Made by a program: the position numbers and the translations under genes
Notes under the pieces: generated by a model
What the model was told of the DNA's origin: nothing
What the model saw: the letters and a program-made list of their open reading frames with translations, nothing else
Database searches by the model: none
In this document: positions 9,864 to 20,386 of the stretch, in pieces
Layout of the letters: the number at the start of each line of letters is the position of its first letter
Numbering within the stretch: position 1 is the stretch's first letter
NCBI GenBank assembly: GCA_035250975.1
Contig: DATFEP010000004.1
Span: 31,227-95,226, forward strand
DNA length: 64,000 bases
Direction of reading: 5' to 3'
Source of the DNA: Nitrososphaeraceae archaeon
GTDB taxonomy: Archaea > Thermoproteota > Nitrososphaeria > Nitrososphaerales > Nitrososphaeraceae

Positions 9864-11126
9864 ATGTTGCACTGGAAAGAAACTCTGCCTGATTGGTACA
9901 TTAAAGATTATGGTTATCAACCTAATATTAACATCGGAACTTCAGGACATGTGGACCATGGAAAAACAACACTTATCGAAGCTATAACTGGAGTTTGGAC
10001 TAGTGCTCATAGTGAGGAATTGAGGCGAGGAATTACAATAAAAGTCGGATATGCCGACGCAGCTTTTTATAAATGTACGGACTGTCCTGCTCCAGAATGT
10101 TATTCAACACAACCAAAATGTAATAATTGTGGTAAAGAAAGCAATTTATTGCGGGTGGTAAGTTTTGTGGATTCTCCAGGACATGAAAGTTTGATGGCGA
10201 ATATGTTATCCGGAGCAGGTTTGATGGATGGGGCTATCCTTGTAATCGCTGCCAATGAGTCTGTCCCCAAACCTCAGACGAGAGAACATATGCTTGCTCT
10301 TCAAGTACTAGGAATTAAACAGATTGTAATTGTCCAGAATAAGGTAGATTTAACCGAAAAAGATACCGCTTTGCAAAATTATGACCAGATTAAGGATTTT
10401 GTTAGTAGTTCCGTTGCCAAAGATGCACCTATAATTCCCATTTCTGCTCAACATAATGTCAATATTGATCTATTAATAGAATCAGTTGAAAATTATATCA
10501 AAACTCCTGAAAGAAATAAAAGTACTTTTCCAATAATGCATGTTTTAAGGTCATTTGACATAAATAAACCCGGACTACGCATAGATGAAATAAATGGTGG
10601 AGCAATTGGCGGTGCTTTGATCCAAGGAGAATTTAATGTTGGAGATGATATAGAAATAAGGCCAGGATTATTAAATAGTAAAGGAAAATACGAGGTAATT
10701 TACTCTAAAATTTCTGGTCTAGGAACAGGTGCAGGATTGGTAGAAAACGTCAAACCTGGTGGGTTGGTATCAATTGGCACTACATTAGATCCCTCTTTTG
10801 TAAAGAGTGATTCTCTGATAGGATCGGTTGTTGGCAAACCGGGAACACTTCCTGAAGATGTATATGATATATCTGTGGAAACAAATCTTTTTGATACTGC
10901 TGTAGGAACTCAAGAATTGGTTAAAGTTGATCCAATAAAAAAGGGTGAACCTCTTAGAGTAAATATAGGTACATCTGCTACTACCGCACTGGTGACTAAT
11001 TCTAGAGATAAAAAAATAGAAATAAAATTAAAAAAACCAATTTGTCTTATACAAAACAGTCGTATAGCACTAAGCAGAAAGATTGGAGAAAGGTGGAGAT
11101 TAATTGGAGCAGGTATTATAAAATAA
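9864..11126 (+). CDS. eif2g: Translation initiation factor 2 subunit gamma
   Basis: GHVDHGKTT, RGITIKVGYA, Zn knuckle, DSPGHE, NKVD, WRLIGAG. Confidence 0.98.
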   Translation: MLHWKETLPDWYIKDYGYQPNINIGTSGHVDHGKTTLIEAITGVWTSAHSEELRRGITIKVGYADAAFYKCTDCPAPECYSTQPKCNNCGKESNLLRVVSFVDSPGHESLMANMLSGAGLMDGAILVIAANESVPKPQTREHMLALQVLGIKQIVIVQNKVDLTEKDTALQNYDQIKDFVSSSVAKDAPIIPISAQHNVNIDLLIESVENYIKTPERNKSTFPIMHVLRSFDINKPGLRIDEINGGAIGGALIQGEFNVGDDIEIRPGLLNSKGKYEVIYSKISGLGTGAGLVENVKPGGLVSIGTTLDPSFVKSDSLIGSVVGKPGTLPEDVYDISVETNLFDTAVGTQELVKVDPIKKGEPLRVNIGTSATTALVTNSRDKKIEIKLKKPICLIQNSRIALSRKIGERWRLIGAGIIK

Positions 11127-11141
11127 ATTATAAATAGATAA

Positions 11142-11354
11142 TCAACTAAATTTATTCTTGTTAAAATTACCTTGGTAATCAAAACCCATATTTATTGCTC
11201 TGTCTTTCATTACTTCCAAGTATTCTTCGTAAGATATCTCTGACAAACAGTTGGGACAGCTGACCATAGTCATATCGTCATTAACTTGTGCACTCTTATT
11301 ACATTTATGGCATTTTGCTTCCAACATTCGATAGGATAATAGATCACATCTCAT
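11142..11354 (-). CDS. Small zinc-ribbon protein
   Basis: CHKC...CPNC; likely start at MLEAKC. Confidence 0.7.
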   Translation of the reverse strand: MRCDLLSYRMLEAKCHKCNKSAQVNDDMTMVSCPNCLSEISYEEYLEVMKDRAINMGFDYQGNFNKNKFS

Positions 11355-12165
11355 AATAAAAAGTTTATTTTATGTTAAAAACGGCGAGTACATTGGCTTT
11401 CGTGATATTTCTTCAAATCCAATAAATCCCGAAAAAAAACTGGCAAGTTATATTCTAATAAAAAGAACGAATAATACGATTAATAGAATATTTTTGGTTT
11501 ATTAATAACATACAAATAGTCAGCAGATTCGATAAATAAGGCTGAAAAAGGTATGGATTTTAGGAGAATTGACGAAATATTCAAAATTTCATTTTAAATT
11601 GAAATTGTTCTTTTATTTGATTAATATTATGGTAACCTGAAATCTTTATTTTCCGCCATTTCTTTTATTGGTTTAATTTTAACGTGTTTACCCCTTTTGA
11701 TTCTAATTATTTAGTCGTATGTAGTTGGGATTGTTAATCTATTACATTAAAAACCTAAAAATTATTTTTAAAAATGAACAGAAGTATTCTTGATTTGGAG
11801 TTTTTATATTCCAAGTTGACTAATTGTTGGATTGAAAACCTAAAACTAACATTAGATAAAATAAAAATTATCATAACATAGTATAATATCAAAAATACAA
11901 TTTGTTATATGATTACGTAACATATTTGATTTACAATAATAGGCTCTGTCAGGAGAGCACTGTCTTTATCTTTCTATTTTGAAGGATGTCTTTAAGCAGA
12001 GTATGACCATTATATTGTTTAAAGGGGTTAATTTTGGGATAGGCTCTAAATAATATTTGTTACCTTTGGACTAGATAATTGACTAATTGAGAAATCGCAA
12101 TATTTTACAACTAACAATTCCAAGTCTAGAGTTTGGTTGTCATAATGATCCTAAAATAATATTTG

Positions 12166-13281
12166 CTATATTACTCCCGCTTCCGTTAATTTTCTTGGCA
12201 AATAAACTTCTGCCAAGTATTTAAAACCATGCTTAAAAAATGCGTCTAATTCGCATTTTTCCTTTCTCTTCAAAAAAATATTTAGTTGATTTTGCCACTG
12301 TTTTTCTTGTAACCATGGTTTTTTCTTCATATCATTAGCCCGATTTATGTCCTCTTGAGAAGCAGTTAATCTTGCTACCTCTGGAATGTTATAGTCATAT
12401 ATATCAGAAAACATCATTCCAAGTACTTTTGCATTTGGTGTCACCAATCTATCACTATCATAACTTAAAGATTCGCTTCCTATCTTGTATCTCAAAGCTA
12501 TGCCCAGACCCCATGGGTCTGCATCGGCAAAAACTACAACGGGTTTATTCCATTTTTCACTAAGCATCTTGACCATCATTCTTGTTGCCCTATCTGGCTC
12601 CCCTGAACCTGTCATAAGAATGGCATTATATTTCTGAATAAAACCCGATTTTCTTATGTTATTTAGTACAGTATCTTTTTCTACAACCATCACAAAGTCT
12701 GCTGTAACATTAATTATTTCAACATCAAGTATATTGGTTGGTATCAGTTGCGAGGTAGCCCTACTTCCTAAATTGCAATCTATAATATCTCCGCCTACTC
12801 TCAAAGTTATTGGACCTGAGATCATTCCTTTTGGCTTGGAAGTAACAGAAAATTCTTCTCTAGGTATGCCTGTTATTAATTCCACTGCTTTGATGGCATT
12901 GTCTGAATCATCCTGACCTTTCCAAAATTTTTCTTTATTTTTCTCATCACCTACCGAGCTCAAAGTTGCATAATACATTCCTCTAATTGTACTTTCCATT
13001 TCTTCGTCGAGTAATCTTCTAACTGCATTTGCCATGACAAGATATTGTGCAAAAGTTGGGATCTTTTTAATACTGTTTGGACTCACTACAACCTTCTTTT
13101 CTCCGATCGTAAGCATTCTCTTTTTTTCAGACCAAAAAGTATTATCATAACCTACCTTTGAAACTTCTAGTGATGGCATTTTGTTTTCGACCAGAACATC
13201 GTCTGAAACCCTTTTCATTATCTGTTGTATTTTTTTTATTATCTCTTTGTGTCTTCTATTTCTGACTGGCAAAATTCTCAC
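12166..13281 (-). CDS. top6A: DNA topoisomerase VI subunit A
   Basis: IRGMYY catalytic Tyr region, VVEKD, Toprim DADPWG, KCELDA; overlaps the top6B stop. Confidence 0.95.
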   Translation of the reverse strand: MRILPVRNRRHKEIIKKIQQIMKRVSDDVLVENKMPSLEVSKVGYDNTFWSEKKRMLTIGEKKVVVSPNSIKKIPTFAQYLVMANAVRRLLDEEMESTIRGMYYATLSSVGDEKNKEKFWKGQDDSDNAIKAVELITGIPREEFSVTSKPKGMISGPITLRVGGDIIDCNLGSRATSQLIPTNILDVEIINVTADFVMVVEKDTVLNNIRKSGFIQKYNAILMTGSGEPDRATRMMVKMLSEKWNKPVVVFADADPWGLGIALRYKIGSESLSYDSDRLVTPNAKVLGMMFSDIYDYNIPEVARLTASQEDINRANDMKKKPWLQEKQWQNQLNIFLKRKEKCELDAFFKHGFKYLAEVYLPRKLTEAGVI

Positions 13282-15245
13282 CTTAAATTAAAATCGTAAA
13301 GTGTCACTTTTTCGGAATTTTTTTGTTTATTCATTTTAGTTTCAAAAGCTATCTTTTTACCTCCCTTTTCTTTTCTTACATTACTCTTCTTATTCTCTAT
13401 TTTAGACCTTTTGAATTTTTCTTTAGATCTCATATTTTTATTAGTATTATTATGTTTATCTTTAAATTCATCATTTTTGCTTTGTTTGTTTTCTTTGGAA
13501 ATTATTTCTCCATTAACGTGGCTTTCTGCAATATAATTAAACGCCTGTGTTAATTTCTCAACATCAATAGCTATCGAATCAGATATTGCTTCAGTTATAA
13601 GTGGAATATAAAATTTGTAGAGTTTTAATCTGTTTTCTGCATCCTTTATTTTCAGATCCCTGCGGATTTGGGCACTAACCTTTCTATAAAGATCGGAAAG
13701 ACAAAATTTCATGTATCTTTTCATATCGCCTTCTGATGCAATACTTTCTTTTCCTGCGCTTTTATAGGGAATTTTTGTAGAACAAATATGGAAAAAAATG
13801 TGAATTGGTAGGAATTCTACTGCTCTTTCTGACTTTGTATTATTTTGTTCACTTCCAAAATGTTCTTTTGCTTCTTTTTTTGTTATTCCCATTTTGTTAA
13901 TTCCAACTTCTGATACTACCTCCCTAGCAACGTCAGATCCCTCATCATATAACAACGGTATCTTATTAGCAAATCTGTATAATTTGAAAGAACCTATATC
14001 GCCTCCATAAGCTATTCCACATTCGATAATAGTTGGTCTGTTGTTTATTACAGTAGAACGAGAGGAATATGAAGTGAGTGCAGGTTTTAGAATTGTTACT
14101 TTGAGGTTCTGCTGATTCATATGTCCATTTTGACCAGAATTTTGGTCCTTATTGTTTATTATAGAATATTCGGATGTCATACCTGCTGTTAATATTTGTT
14201 CCCCTATGGGACTTAAATGCTCTGTGTTAGGAGATTGAAATTTTGTCTGTTTACATACATTGACTATCTTAATTAATTCTTGTTCTGAATATTGGTGTGA
14301 CGGTTTATTATGTATCTCAGCAATATTTATTATTTCTTTTGCCTTCTCGTTAGACAGTTTTTGAAATGAGGTTGATAATACCCCTTGTATTGTTGTTTTT
14401 TGGTTCATAAAGTTAAAAATTGCTTTTTTTAAAGTCTGCAAATCCATATCCGCTGGATGAGGAAGAACCTCCTTAGATGGCTCAGGCATTTTCTCGGTCC
14501 TTCTTTTAAATACTATTTTTCCTTCATGATTTTCAAATGTAATGTTCACATATGGATTTACTACACTAGTTTGAGTAACGTAATCATAGATCTTGTTCTT
14601 TGTAACCGGAGATAATCTAGCTCTTAGAGTTGCAGAAATATGAAATCCATGTTCTTTATTTATTATTGACTCCGATTCAGATACAGTCCTTTTGGTTAAT
14701 ACAACTGGTTTATTTGTAGATATATCGGTCCTAAGTTCATGATAGTATTCTATCCCCTCTTCAAATGCTTTTGACCATACCTGGAGTGGTCTGTCCGTAT
14801 CTTTTGTAGAAAATGCAGCTATCATTTTCAGACCTACGCCAAATAATCCTCTCTGTTGTTTTTCCACATATTTTCCAGAAGTTAGGAAAGAACAAACAGC
14901 TACGGGAACTTTTTCTGCAGGTATCCCAATTCCGTTATCGCTGCATGAGATGGACCACAAATCATTTATCGGGTCAATTTGTTTTAATGATATCATTATC
15001 TCTGGTAGTATGTGATTTGCTTCGCAAGAGTCCAGTGCATTTTCTATCAGTTCTCTTATTGCCATATAAAGAATACGTTCTCCAGTAAATCCAGCTAAAG
15101 CAGAATTGTCTACGAAAAATTCAGATTCTGCTTTCCTGTGATATTTTACTTTAATTTTTTTAATATCATGATTATTATTAGATATTTTGCGAATTTTCTT
15201 GTCTTTATTTTGATATTCTAATTCTAATTTAGCAAGAGATTTCAA
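13278..15245 (-). CDS. top6B: DNA topoisomerase VI subunit B
   Basis: GHKL motifs RELIENALD, DNGIG, SGKY...RGLFGVG; RFANKIPLLYD; KIPYKSAGKE. Confidence 0.95.
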   Translation of the reverse strand: MKSLAKLELEYQNKDKKIRKISNNNHDIKKIKVKYHRKAESEFFVDNSALAGFTGERILYMAIRELIENALDSCEANHILPEIMISLKQIDPINDLWSISCSDNGIGIPAEKVPVAVCSFLTSGKYVEKQQRGLFGVGLKMIAAFSTKDTDRPLQVWSKAFEEGIEYYHELRTDISTNKPVVLTKRTVSESESIINKEHGFHISATLRARLSPVTKNKIYDYVTQTSVVNPYVNITFENHEGKIVFKRRTEKMPEPSKEVLPHPADMDLQTLKKAIFNFMNQKTTIQGVLSTSFQKLSNEKAKEIINIAEIHNKPSHQYSEQELIKIVNVCKQTKFQSPNTEHLSPIGEQILTAGMTSEYSIINNKDQNSGQNGHMNQQNLKVTILKPALTSYSSRSTVINNRPTIIECGIAYGGDIGSFKLYRFANKIPLLYDEGSDVAREVVSEVGINKMGITKKEAKEHFGSEQNNTKSERAVEFLPIHIFFHICSTKIPYKSAGKESIASEGDMKRYMKFCLSDLYRKVSAQIRRDLKIKDAENRLKLYKFYIPLITEAISDSIAIDVEKLTQAFNYIAESHVNGEIISKENKQSKNDEFKDKHNNTNKNMRSKEKFKRSKIENKKSNVRKEKGGKKIAFETKMNKQKNSEKVTLYDFNLR

Positions 15246-15315
15246 TAGATAAGGGTTTTATTTATTTGCTCAATTTATCTTTTAGGATTTTAATAGTATT
15301 TCTGAAATTATGAAG

Positions 15316-15477
15316 CTAAACCTGTGATCCATATGGAGTCGTGGAATTCTTTAATTCTTTTAAAGTTTTGAAATTAACTTCAATTAAATATCTTGTTTTT
15401 TCCTTTTCGATAACAATGAAATCAGATCCCGTTCCCACTATTTCCGCACCTACGAGTTCTTTATTTTTAACTGCCAA
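15316..15477 (-). CDS. 53-aa hypothetical microprotein, not in the ORF track
   Basis: TTG start preceded by GGGGTGA SD just after the upstream stop; MAVKNKELVGAEIVGTGSDFIVIEKEKTRYLIEVNFKTLKELKNSTTPYGSQV. Confidence 0.6.
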   Translation of the reverse strand: MAVKNKELVGAEIVGTGSDFIVIEKEKTRYLIEVNFKTLKELKNSTTPYGSQV

Positions 15478-15489
15478 TCATGTCACCCC

Positions 15490-15897
15490 TTATATTTGAT
15501 CTATATTATGCGAGTTCTTGACAGCGGAGATTATTTTCCAATAGTCTTGTACTAAAAAGGAATCTACTATTCCTTGAACAACAAATTGGTTTCTATCTGA
15601 CAGCGTTATATCCATTGCCACAGCACTATAAGGAATTTCAAATTTTTCAACTATTTCCTCTTCGCTTGTATCAAAAACCTTATTTATACTCTTGTCATTG
15701 TTGTATTCAAATCCCATTACTCGTGTTATTTTTCTGTGACCAGAGCCTCCTCCTCTCCCCCCTGCAGAGCCTTTAGATTCATCGACTATGAGAAGAAATA
15801 GTTTATTTTCGAAGTCTTCTGACAAATTAATATTTCTACTTGATACCACTAGCTTCCTCTGTGGTCTTAATAAAGTCTCTTCAAATTCATTTATCAT
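15490..15897 (-). CDS. Hypothetical protein with Gly-rich loop
   Basis: 135 aa, ESKGSAGGRGGGSG; co-oriented with aglB. Confidence 0.75.
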   Translation of the reverse strand: MINEFEETLLRPQRKLVVSSRNINLSEDFENKLFLLIVDESKGSAGGRGGGSGHRKITRVMGFEYNNDKSINKVFDTSEEEIVEKFEIPYSAVAMDITLSDRNQFVVQGIVDSFLVQDYWKIISAVKNSHNIDQI

Positions 15898-15989
15898 TTC
15901 CTTTTAATGATTTAACTTATTATAATATTCTTGGCATTAATAAGAAATAAGTTGAAAAGATAGTTTTTATATTTTTGGTTATTATCTCC

Positions 15990-18776
15990 TCATCTATTTT
16001 CAATTATTACCCGTTTTATTTTTGCATCTTCTAGATTAATTGGTTGGTTGTTTTGATTAGTTTTTTGGGATTCTATCTTTTCAACTATATCTATTCCTTC
16101 AATTACTTTTCCAAAAACTGTATATTGATTGTCTAGAAATTGAGAATCTCTTGTAACTATGAAGAATTGGGAACCCGCGCTATTGGGATCAGAAGTTCTT
16201 GCCATTGACAATATCCCTTTCTTATGAGGTATATCATTGAATTCGGCGTTTATCGTGAAGTTGGGTCCTCCTGTTCCCCATCTCTCTTTTTCTGTTTCAT
16301 TATTCTTTGTGTTGGGATCTCCAGCTTGGATCACAAAATCCTTAACTATTCTGTGGAAAACAACGCCGTCGTAGAAGCCACTCTTTGAGAGCTTAATAAA
16401 ATTTTCCACATGTTTTGGTGCTGCCTTAGGGAAAAATTCTAGCGTGATATTCCCCTGTGTTGTTTCAAGAATTGCAATATTTGCTGATGGTGTCATATCT
16501 GCCTTTATCATGTCCTCAGAATTTACTTTTGTATTATTTGATTCTTTGTCTGTTTTGTTTTTGGTAATGTTTGACTGTTCGCTTGAGACTGGTTTTGGCA
16601 TGTAATCTTTATTTATCTGATACAATAATACTCCAAAAACAATGTCATCCATGTTATTTTCAAAACTTGGTGATGAATAAACAAGTGTTAATGGTTGATC
16701 ATTTGTACCATCAATTGGATATTTAATATCCTTCACATTGATAGCAATTGTTCCTGACGAGTAATCTGGCTGTAAATTAGCTAACATACCATTATTAACA
16801 GAAGCATATTGAACAGGTGTGAATGGAGTAATTTTTCCTAGTAACGTATTATTCCAAAAGTTTGAATTTGGTGTGAAACCATCGTCTTGAACATAATCTC
16901 TCTCATTAAATCCACCTATTCTCATGAACCATTGTTTTTTGCTTTCGTCTCCACCGCTTCCAAGGGTATAGAAGGCATTACCATCAGGCCCTTGGTGTCT
17001 GTCTGCAACGATATATACTAATATATAATCCGCCTTGAGATCTTTAGCGATGGTCATTCCAGTTTCTGGGTCACTCATAAGCATTTTTGCGATGGTCTGT
17101 ATCCTTGTCTGATTAATAGTGGCATTATCTGCCAATGTTATTCTATTTCCAAGAGTCGTAATCCAATAACCGTAATCCCACCACGAAGCAATGACTGAAT
17201 CCTTAGGCGTGTTATTAGATATCCAATCCAACGCATCGGTCCAATCATCAACTTGAATCCTAAATCCTGTTGCGCCATTAGCGATAGAAGGCGGAATATC
17301 TGCTGAACTTATCCAGTTGAAATTTCTTGGATAAAGGATACCGCCAGTGTCTAGTAATGGAATGGAAACCAAAAAAATGAGTACTACTACATAGGATACC
17401 TTTACTAACGATTTTACTTGAGGTGAAATCTTTCCTTGTCTAACACTCTTTTTAAATTCCTTTTCGCTTAACCTTCCCTGGCTGGCTACTTTGTATTGAA
17501 GAATACCTCTTGTTATCTCATAAATTCCAATTGAACCAAGCATGACTATTGAAATAGAAGAATAAACCATTAACCTTGCAAAAGTAGCACTTACATACAG
17601 TCCTGTAATACCTATTATCAGTGCAAATATCGTCATGTCATTTCTTTTGGAGAATGCAACTAGGACTCCAAACCCTGCAAAAAATAACAGAATAGAATAA
17701 TCAGTAAAATAATCTACTACAGTGGGCGTGGAGTGTTCTGCAACAGATTCCACAAGGGGAATTTGAGATGATAAAAATGGATTTATTGCGTTTAGGTATC
17801 TAAATGACGATGGCTGATAAGCTCCAGCAGCAACAATGCCTATGGCTAGAGTTATGAATATTGCCAAGCTAGCAATAAGATTCCGCGTAATTTTTGATTG
17901 TTTACTTTTTTCCCTGATTATAGATCCGATCACACAAAATAGAGCACCCCCAATTAATGCTATACCAGGGAGTCCTATAACAAAAGATAATCCCGGTCTA
18001 GGAAACGCTCCTGCTGCGATTAAAGTAACAATGGTAAATATTACCACTGCAGATACAATTGATTTTGAATCTTTTCTAATAAACGGTAACGCAAAGAAAA
18101 AGATAGCTAATGGTATGCTAAAATATTGTATTCCTCCCCATGAAGCATTAGCCAATCCCAAAATTAATCCAGCTCCTACTACCTTTACAATTGTTATTCG
18201 AAGATTCTTTTCCTTTATTGCAGAGAGAAAAAGATAAATCGATAGAATTCCGAGGAATAATCCCAAAGGTTCTGATTTGAACCAGCCCAAATTCCCTCTC
18301 TGAATTATTGCGGGCATAAATGCAAATAACAAACTTGCAAACATTCCAGCTGTAGTACTACTGATAATTCTCACGAATGCAAAAATAACTATTGTGGTAA
18401 GAGAACCGATCACTACCGGGAACATTATCACAAAATCAAGCAACGATGACCCAAAACCAAATATCTTGTATAGTACTGCTGCTGTGAGGTGAAGTCCAAC
18501 TTGTGAAGATTTTGGAACATCTCTACCTTCTGGATACCAAGACATGTTATCATGCCAATGAAGATATTCGGAAAAACCGTTGTCCACTATGTATTTTGTT
18601 GCTCTATAATCAAAATACGGATCAAATTCATTTAGCACGAAACCGTACTTGATTGGATACGATCTCATTATAAAAGCAGTCGAAAAAGCAATTATCAAAA
18701 CTGCGATTACGAGTAAATGTTTAGTTCTAAAATCAAAAGAATTTACACTGAATAATATTTCATTTCCTTGTAACAT
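15990..18776 (-). CDS. aglB: Oligosaccharyltransferase AglB (STT3) fused to a C-terminal cyclophilin-type PPIase
   Basis: EFDPYF, many TM helices, SVAEH, WWDYGYW, DESK; C-terminal FHRIVKDFVIQAGDP, SMART, AGSQFFI, LDNQYTVFGKV. Confidence 0.95.
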   Translation of the reverse strand: MLQGNEILFSVNSFDFRTKHLLVIAVLIIAFSTAFIMRSYPIKYGFVLNEFDPYFDYRATKYIVDNGFSEYLHWHDNMSWYPEGRDVPKSSQVGLHLTAAVLYKIFGFGSSLLDFVIMFPVVIGSLTTIVIFAFVRIISSTTAGMFASLLFAFMPAIIQRGNLGWFKSEPLGLFLGILSIYLFLSAIKEKNLRITIVKVVGAGLILGLANASWGGIQYFSIPLAIFFFALPFIRKDSKSIVSAVVIFTIVTLIAAGAFPRPGLSFVIGLPGIALIGGALFCVIGSIIREKSKQSKITRNLIASLAIFITLAIGIVAAGAYQPSSFRYLNAINPFLSSQIPLVESVAEHSTPTVVDYFTDYSILLFFAGFGVLVAFSKRNDMTIFALIIGITGLYVSATFARLMVYSSISIVMLGSIGIYEITRGILQYKVASQGRLSEKEFKKSVRQGKISPQVKSLVKVSYVVVLIFLVSIPLLDTGGILYPRNFNWISSADIPPSIANGATGFRIQVDDWTDALDWISNNTPKDSVIASWWDYGYWITTLGNRITLADNATINQTRIQTIAKMLMSDPETGMTIAKDLKADYILVYIVADRHQGPDGNAFYTLGSGGDESKKQWFMRIGGFNERDYVQDDGFTPNSNFWNNTLLGKITPFTPVQYASVNNGMLANLQPDYSSGTIAINVKDIKYPIDGTNDQPLTLVYSSPSFENNMDDIVFGVLLYQINKDYMPKPVSSEQSNITKNKTDKESNNTKVNSEDMIKADMTPSANIAILETTQGNITLEFFPKAAPKHVENFIKLSKSGFYDGVVFHRIVKDFVIQAGDPNTKNNETEKERWGTGGPNFTINAEFNDIPHKKGILSMARTSDPNSAGSQFFIVTRDSQFLDNQYTVFGKVIEGIDIVEKIESQKTNQNNQPINLEDAKIKRVIIENR

Positions 18777-18877
18777 TGTATTAAAATACTGTTTTTAACT
18801 TCCTTTATAAGTTAATGTCTATAATAAGCAATTATAAGAATTTTCAATTCAATTTACGTTGTTAGTCATTTTGCTTA

Positions 18878-19267
18878 TTATCCACGATTACATGGTACGA
18901 TGTATTTAAGTTTCATCTCTTTTCCTCCTTTATCAACCTTATAATCATTATTTTTATCATCTATAAAACGGAGTGTATATCCATCAAGATATAAATCCTC
19001 TACAATAGCATAATCATGAAATCCACCCGTGCTATTAGTGTTATAATAACTAAATGTGTCTAATACCTGTTTAGAGTTGATAAATTCCGAATACACGTTT
19101 CCATATGGGTTGAAACCATTAACTGTAATATTTAACCTATGATCATAGAATTTTCCGCAGCTTGGAGATATCTTAATTATTGGATCTAGAGCGTAGACAT
19201 AAGAGAAATAGAAGTTACACAATATAAACAGAATCCCAATAGTAATGTGCACCCTAAAATTTTTCAT
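18878..19267 (-). CDS. Secreted hypothetical protein (Ig-like)
   Basis: Signal peptide ending VYA, beta-rich body, two Cys in the mature part. Confidence 0.65.
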   Translation of the reverse strand: MKNFRVHITIGILFILCNFYFSYVYALDPIIKISPSCGKFYDHRLNITVNGFNPYGNVYSEFINSKQVLDTFSYYNTNSTGGFHDYAIVEDLYLDGYTLRFIDDKNNDYKVDKGGKEMKLKYIVPCNRG

Positions 19268-19344
19268 TCATTTGTATATTAAATATTGATATCTAAATTA
19301 TTACTCGATTTTCGTATGGGAAAAAAGAATCAAATAGTTTGATA

Positions 19345-20334
19345 TTATCTATACAAGGATGCATATATGAAAGGTAGTAGAGTTGTAATTTCTCCATGTA
19401 TCGTTACTTGTTTTGCATTTACGTTTACCTTGTTCCATGATATTGCTTCTCTCACTTCAGCTCCACTTAGACTTCCATCCCACTCATTTGCAGTGGTAAC
19501 ATATACAGCATAATCTAGACCATCCCTAAATTGGTTCCACCATAATGTATGGTGTTTTGATATTCCTCCACCTAGCATTAAAGCACCTGTTTTTTTTGCA
19601 TCGAATACAAGATCCGAAATTCTTGATTGGTCTTTCAATAAATTTAGTACAAAATCCTTGTGTTGCTGATAAAATAACCATATTTGGCTTCCAACCGCTC
19701 CGTCAACCAAACCAGGAACAATCACTGGAATCTTATTCTTATGTGCCCAATATAAAATGGAATTATCGTCTAATTTGCTACCAATGTAATCCACAATTTC
19801 ATGACCAGAAACTTCTTTATGTTTGTCATAATACTCCAAAAGAAAATGTTGAACTTTGTTTTCGATTAATGGTCCGTAATTTTTAGTTGGAATAAATACG
19901 TTTCCTAATCTATGTATATTTCGTTTCTTCAAATAACTATCATTAATATTAAATTCTCCTGCATAATATTTTCCAAATGTTTTAGCAACATCATGATCTA
20001 AAGCGCCGCATGTAGTTATTATACAATCAAACATCTTTCTTTTTATCATATCTTTTACGATACCTCTTGCTCCGGTGGAAATAATAGCGCCAACAAAGGA
20101 TAAGAAACGTGTACATTGATTGTCATCTATCATATTCCTTGTAATATTTATCGCCTTCGTTAAATTTGTTGATTCAAATCCACCGGAATAAGACATTTGA
20201 CTTATTATTTCCTTCAAATCATTTTTTTTAATTTCATAATCTATTATGTCATAATTTTTAATGCTTTTACTCTTATCATTATTTATCATATCAAGAGTCT
20301 TATAAGTATCAATATAAAATATCTTCTGTCTCAT
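19345..20334 (-). CDS. dys: Deoxyhypusine synthase
   Basis: GGGISKHH, WDGSLSGA..EAISWNKV with the active-site Lys. The start may lie further downstream. Confidence 0.92.
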   Translation of the reverse strand: MRQKIFYIDTYKTLDMINNDKSKSIKNYDIIDYEIKKNDLKEIISQMSYSGGFESTNLTKAINITRNMIDDNQCTRFLSFVGAIISTGARGIVKDMIKRKMFDCIITTCGALDHDVAKTFGKYYAGEFNINDSYLKKRNIHRLGNVFIPTKNYGPLIENKVQHFLLEYYDKHKEVSGHEIVDYIGSKLDDNSILYWAHKNKIPVIVPGLVDGAVGSQIWLFYQQHKDFVLNLLKDQSRISDLVFDAKKTGALMLGGGISKHHTLWWNQFRDGLDYAVYVTTANEWDGSLSGAEVREAISWNKVNVNAKQVTIHGEITTLLPFIYASLYR

Positions 20335-20386
20335 TCTTGATATTGATATGGATTTTTATAAATGACCGTACTCTTAAAGAATTAAC

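Noticed and set aside
11940-12050. GGCTCTGTCAGG resembling an IS6-type terminal repeat, with AGGCTCT recurring about 100 bp later
   Set aside because: No inverted partner, target duplication or transposase remnant that I can support.
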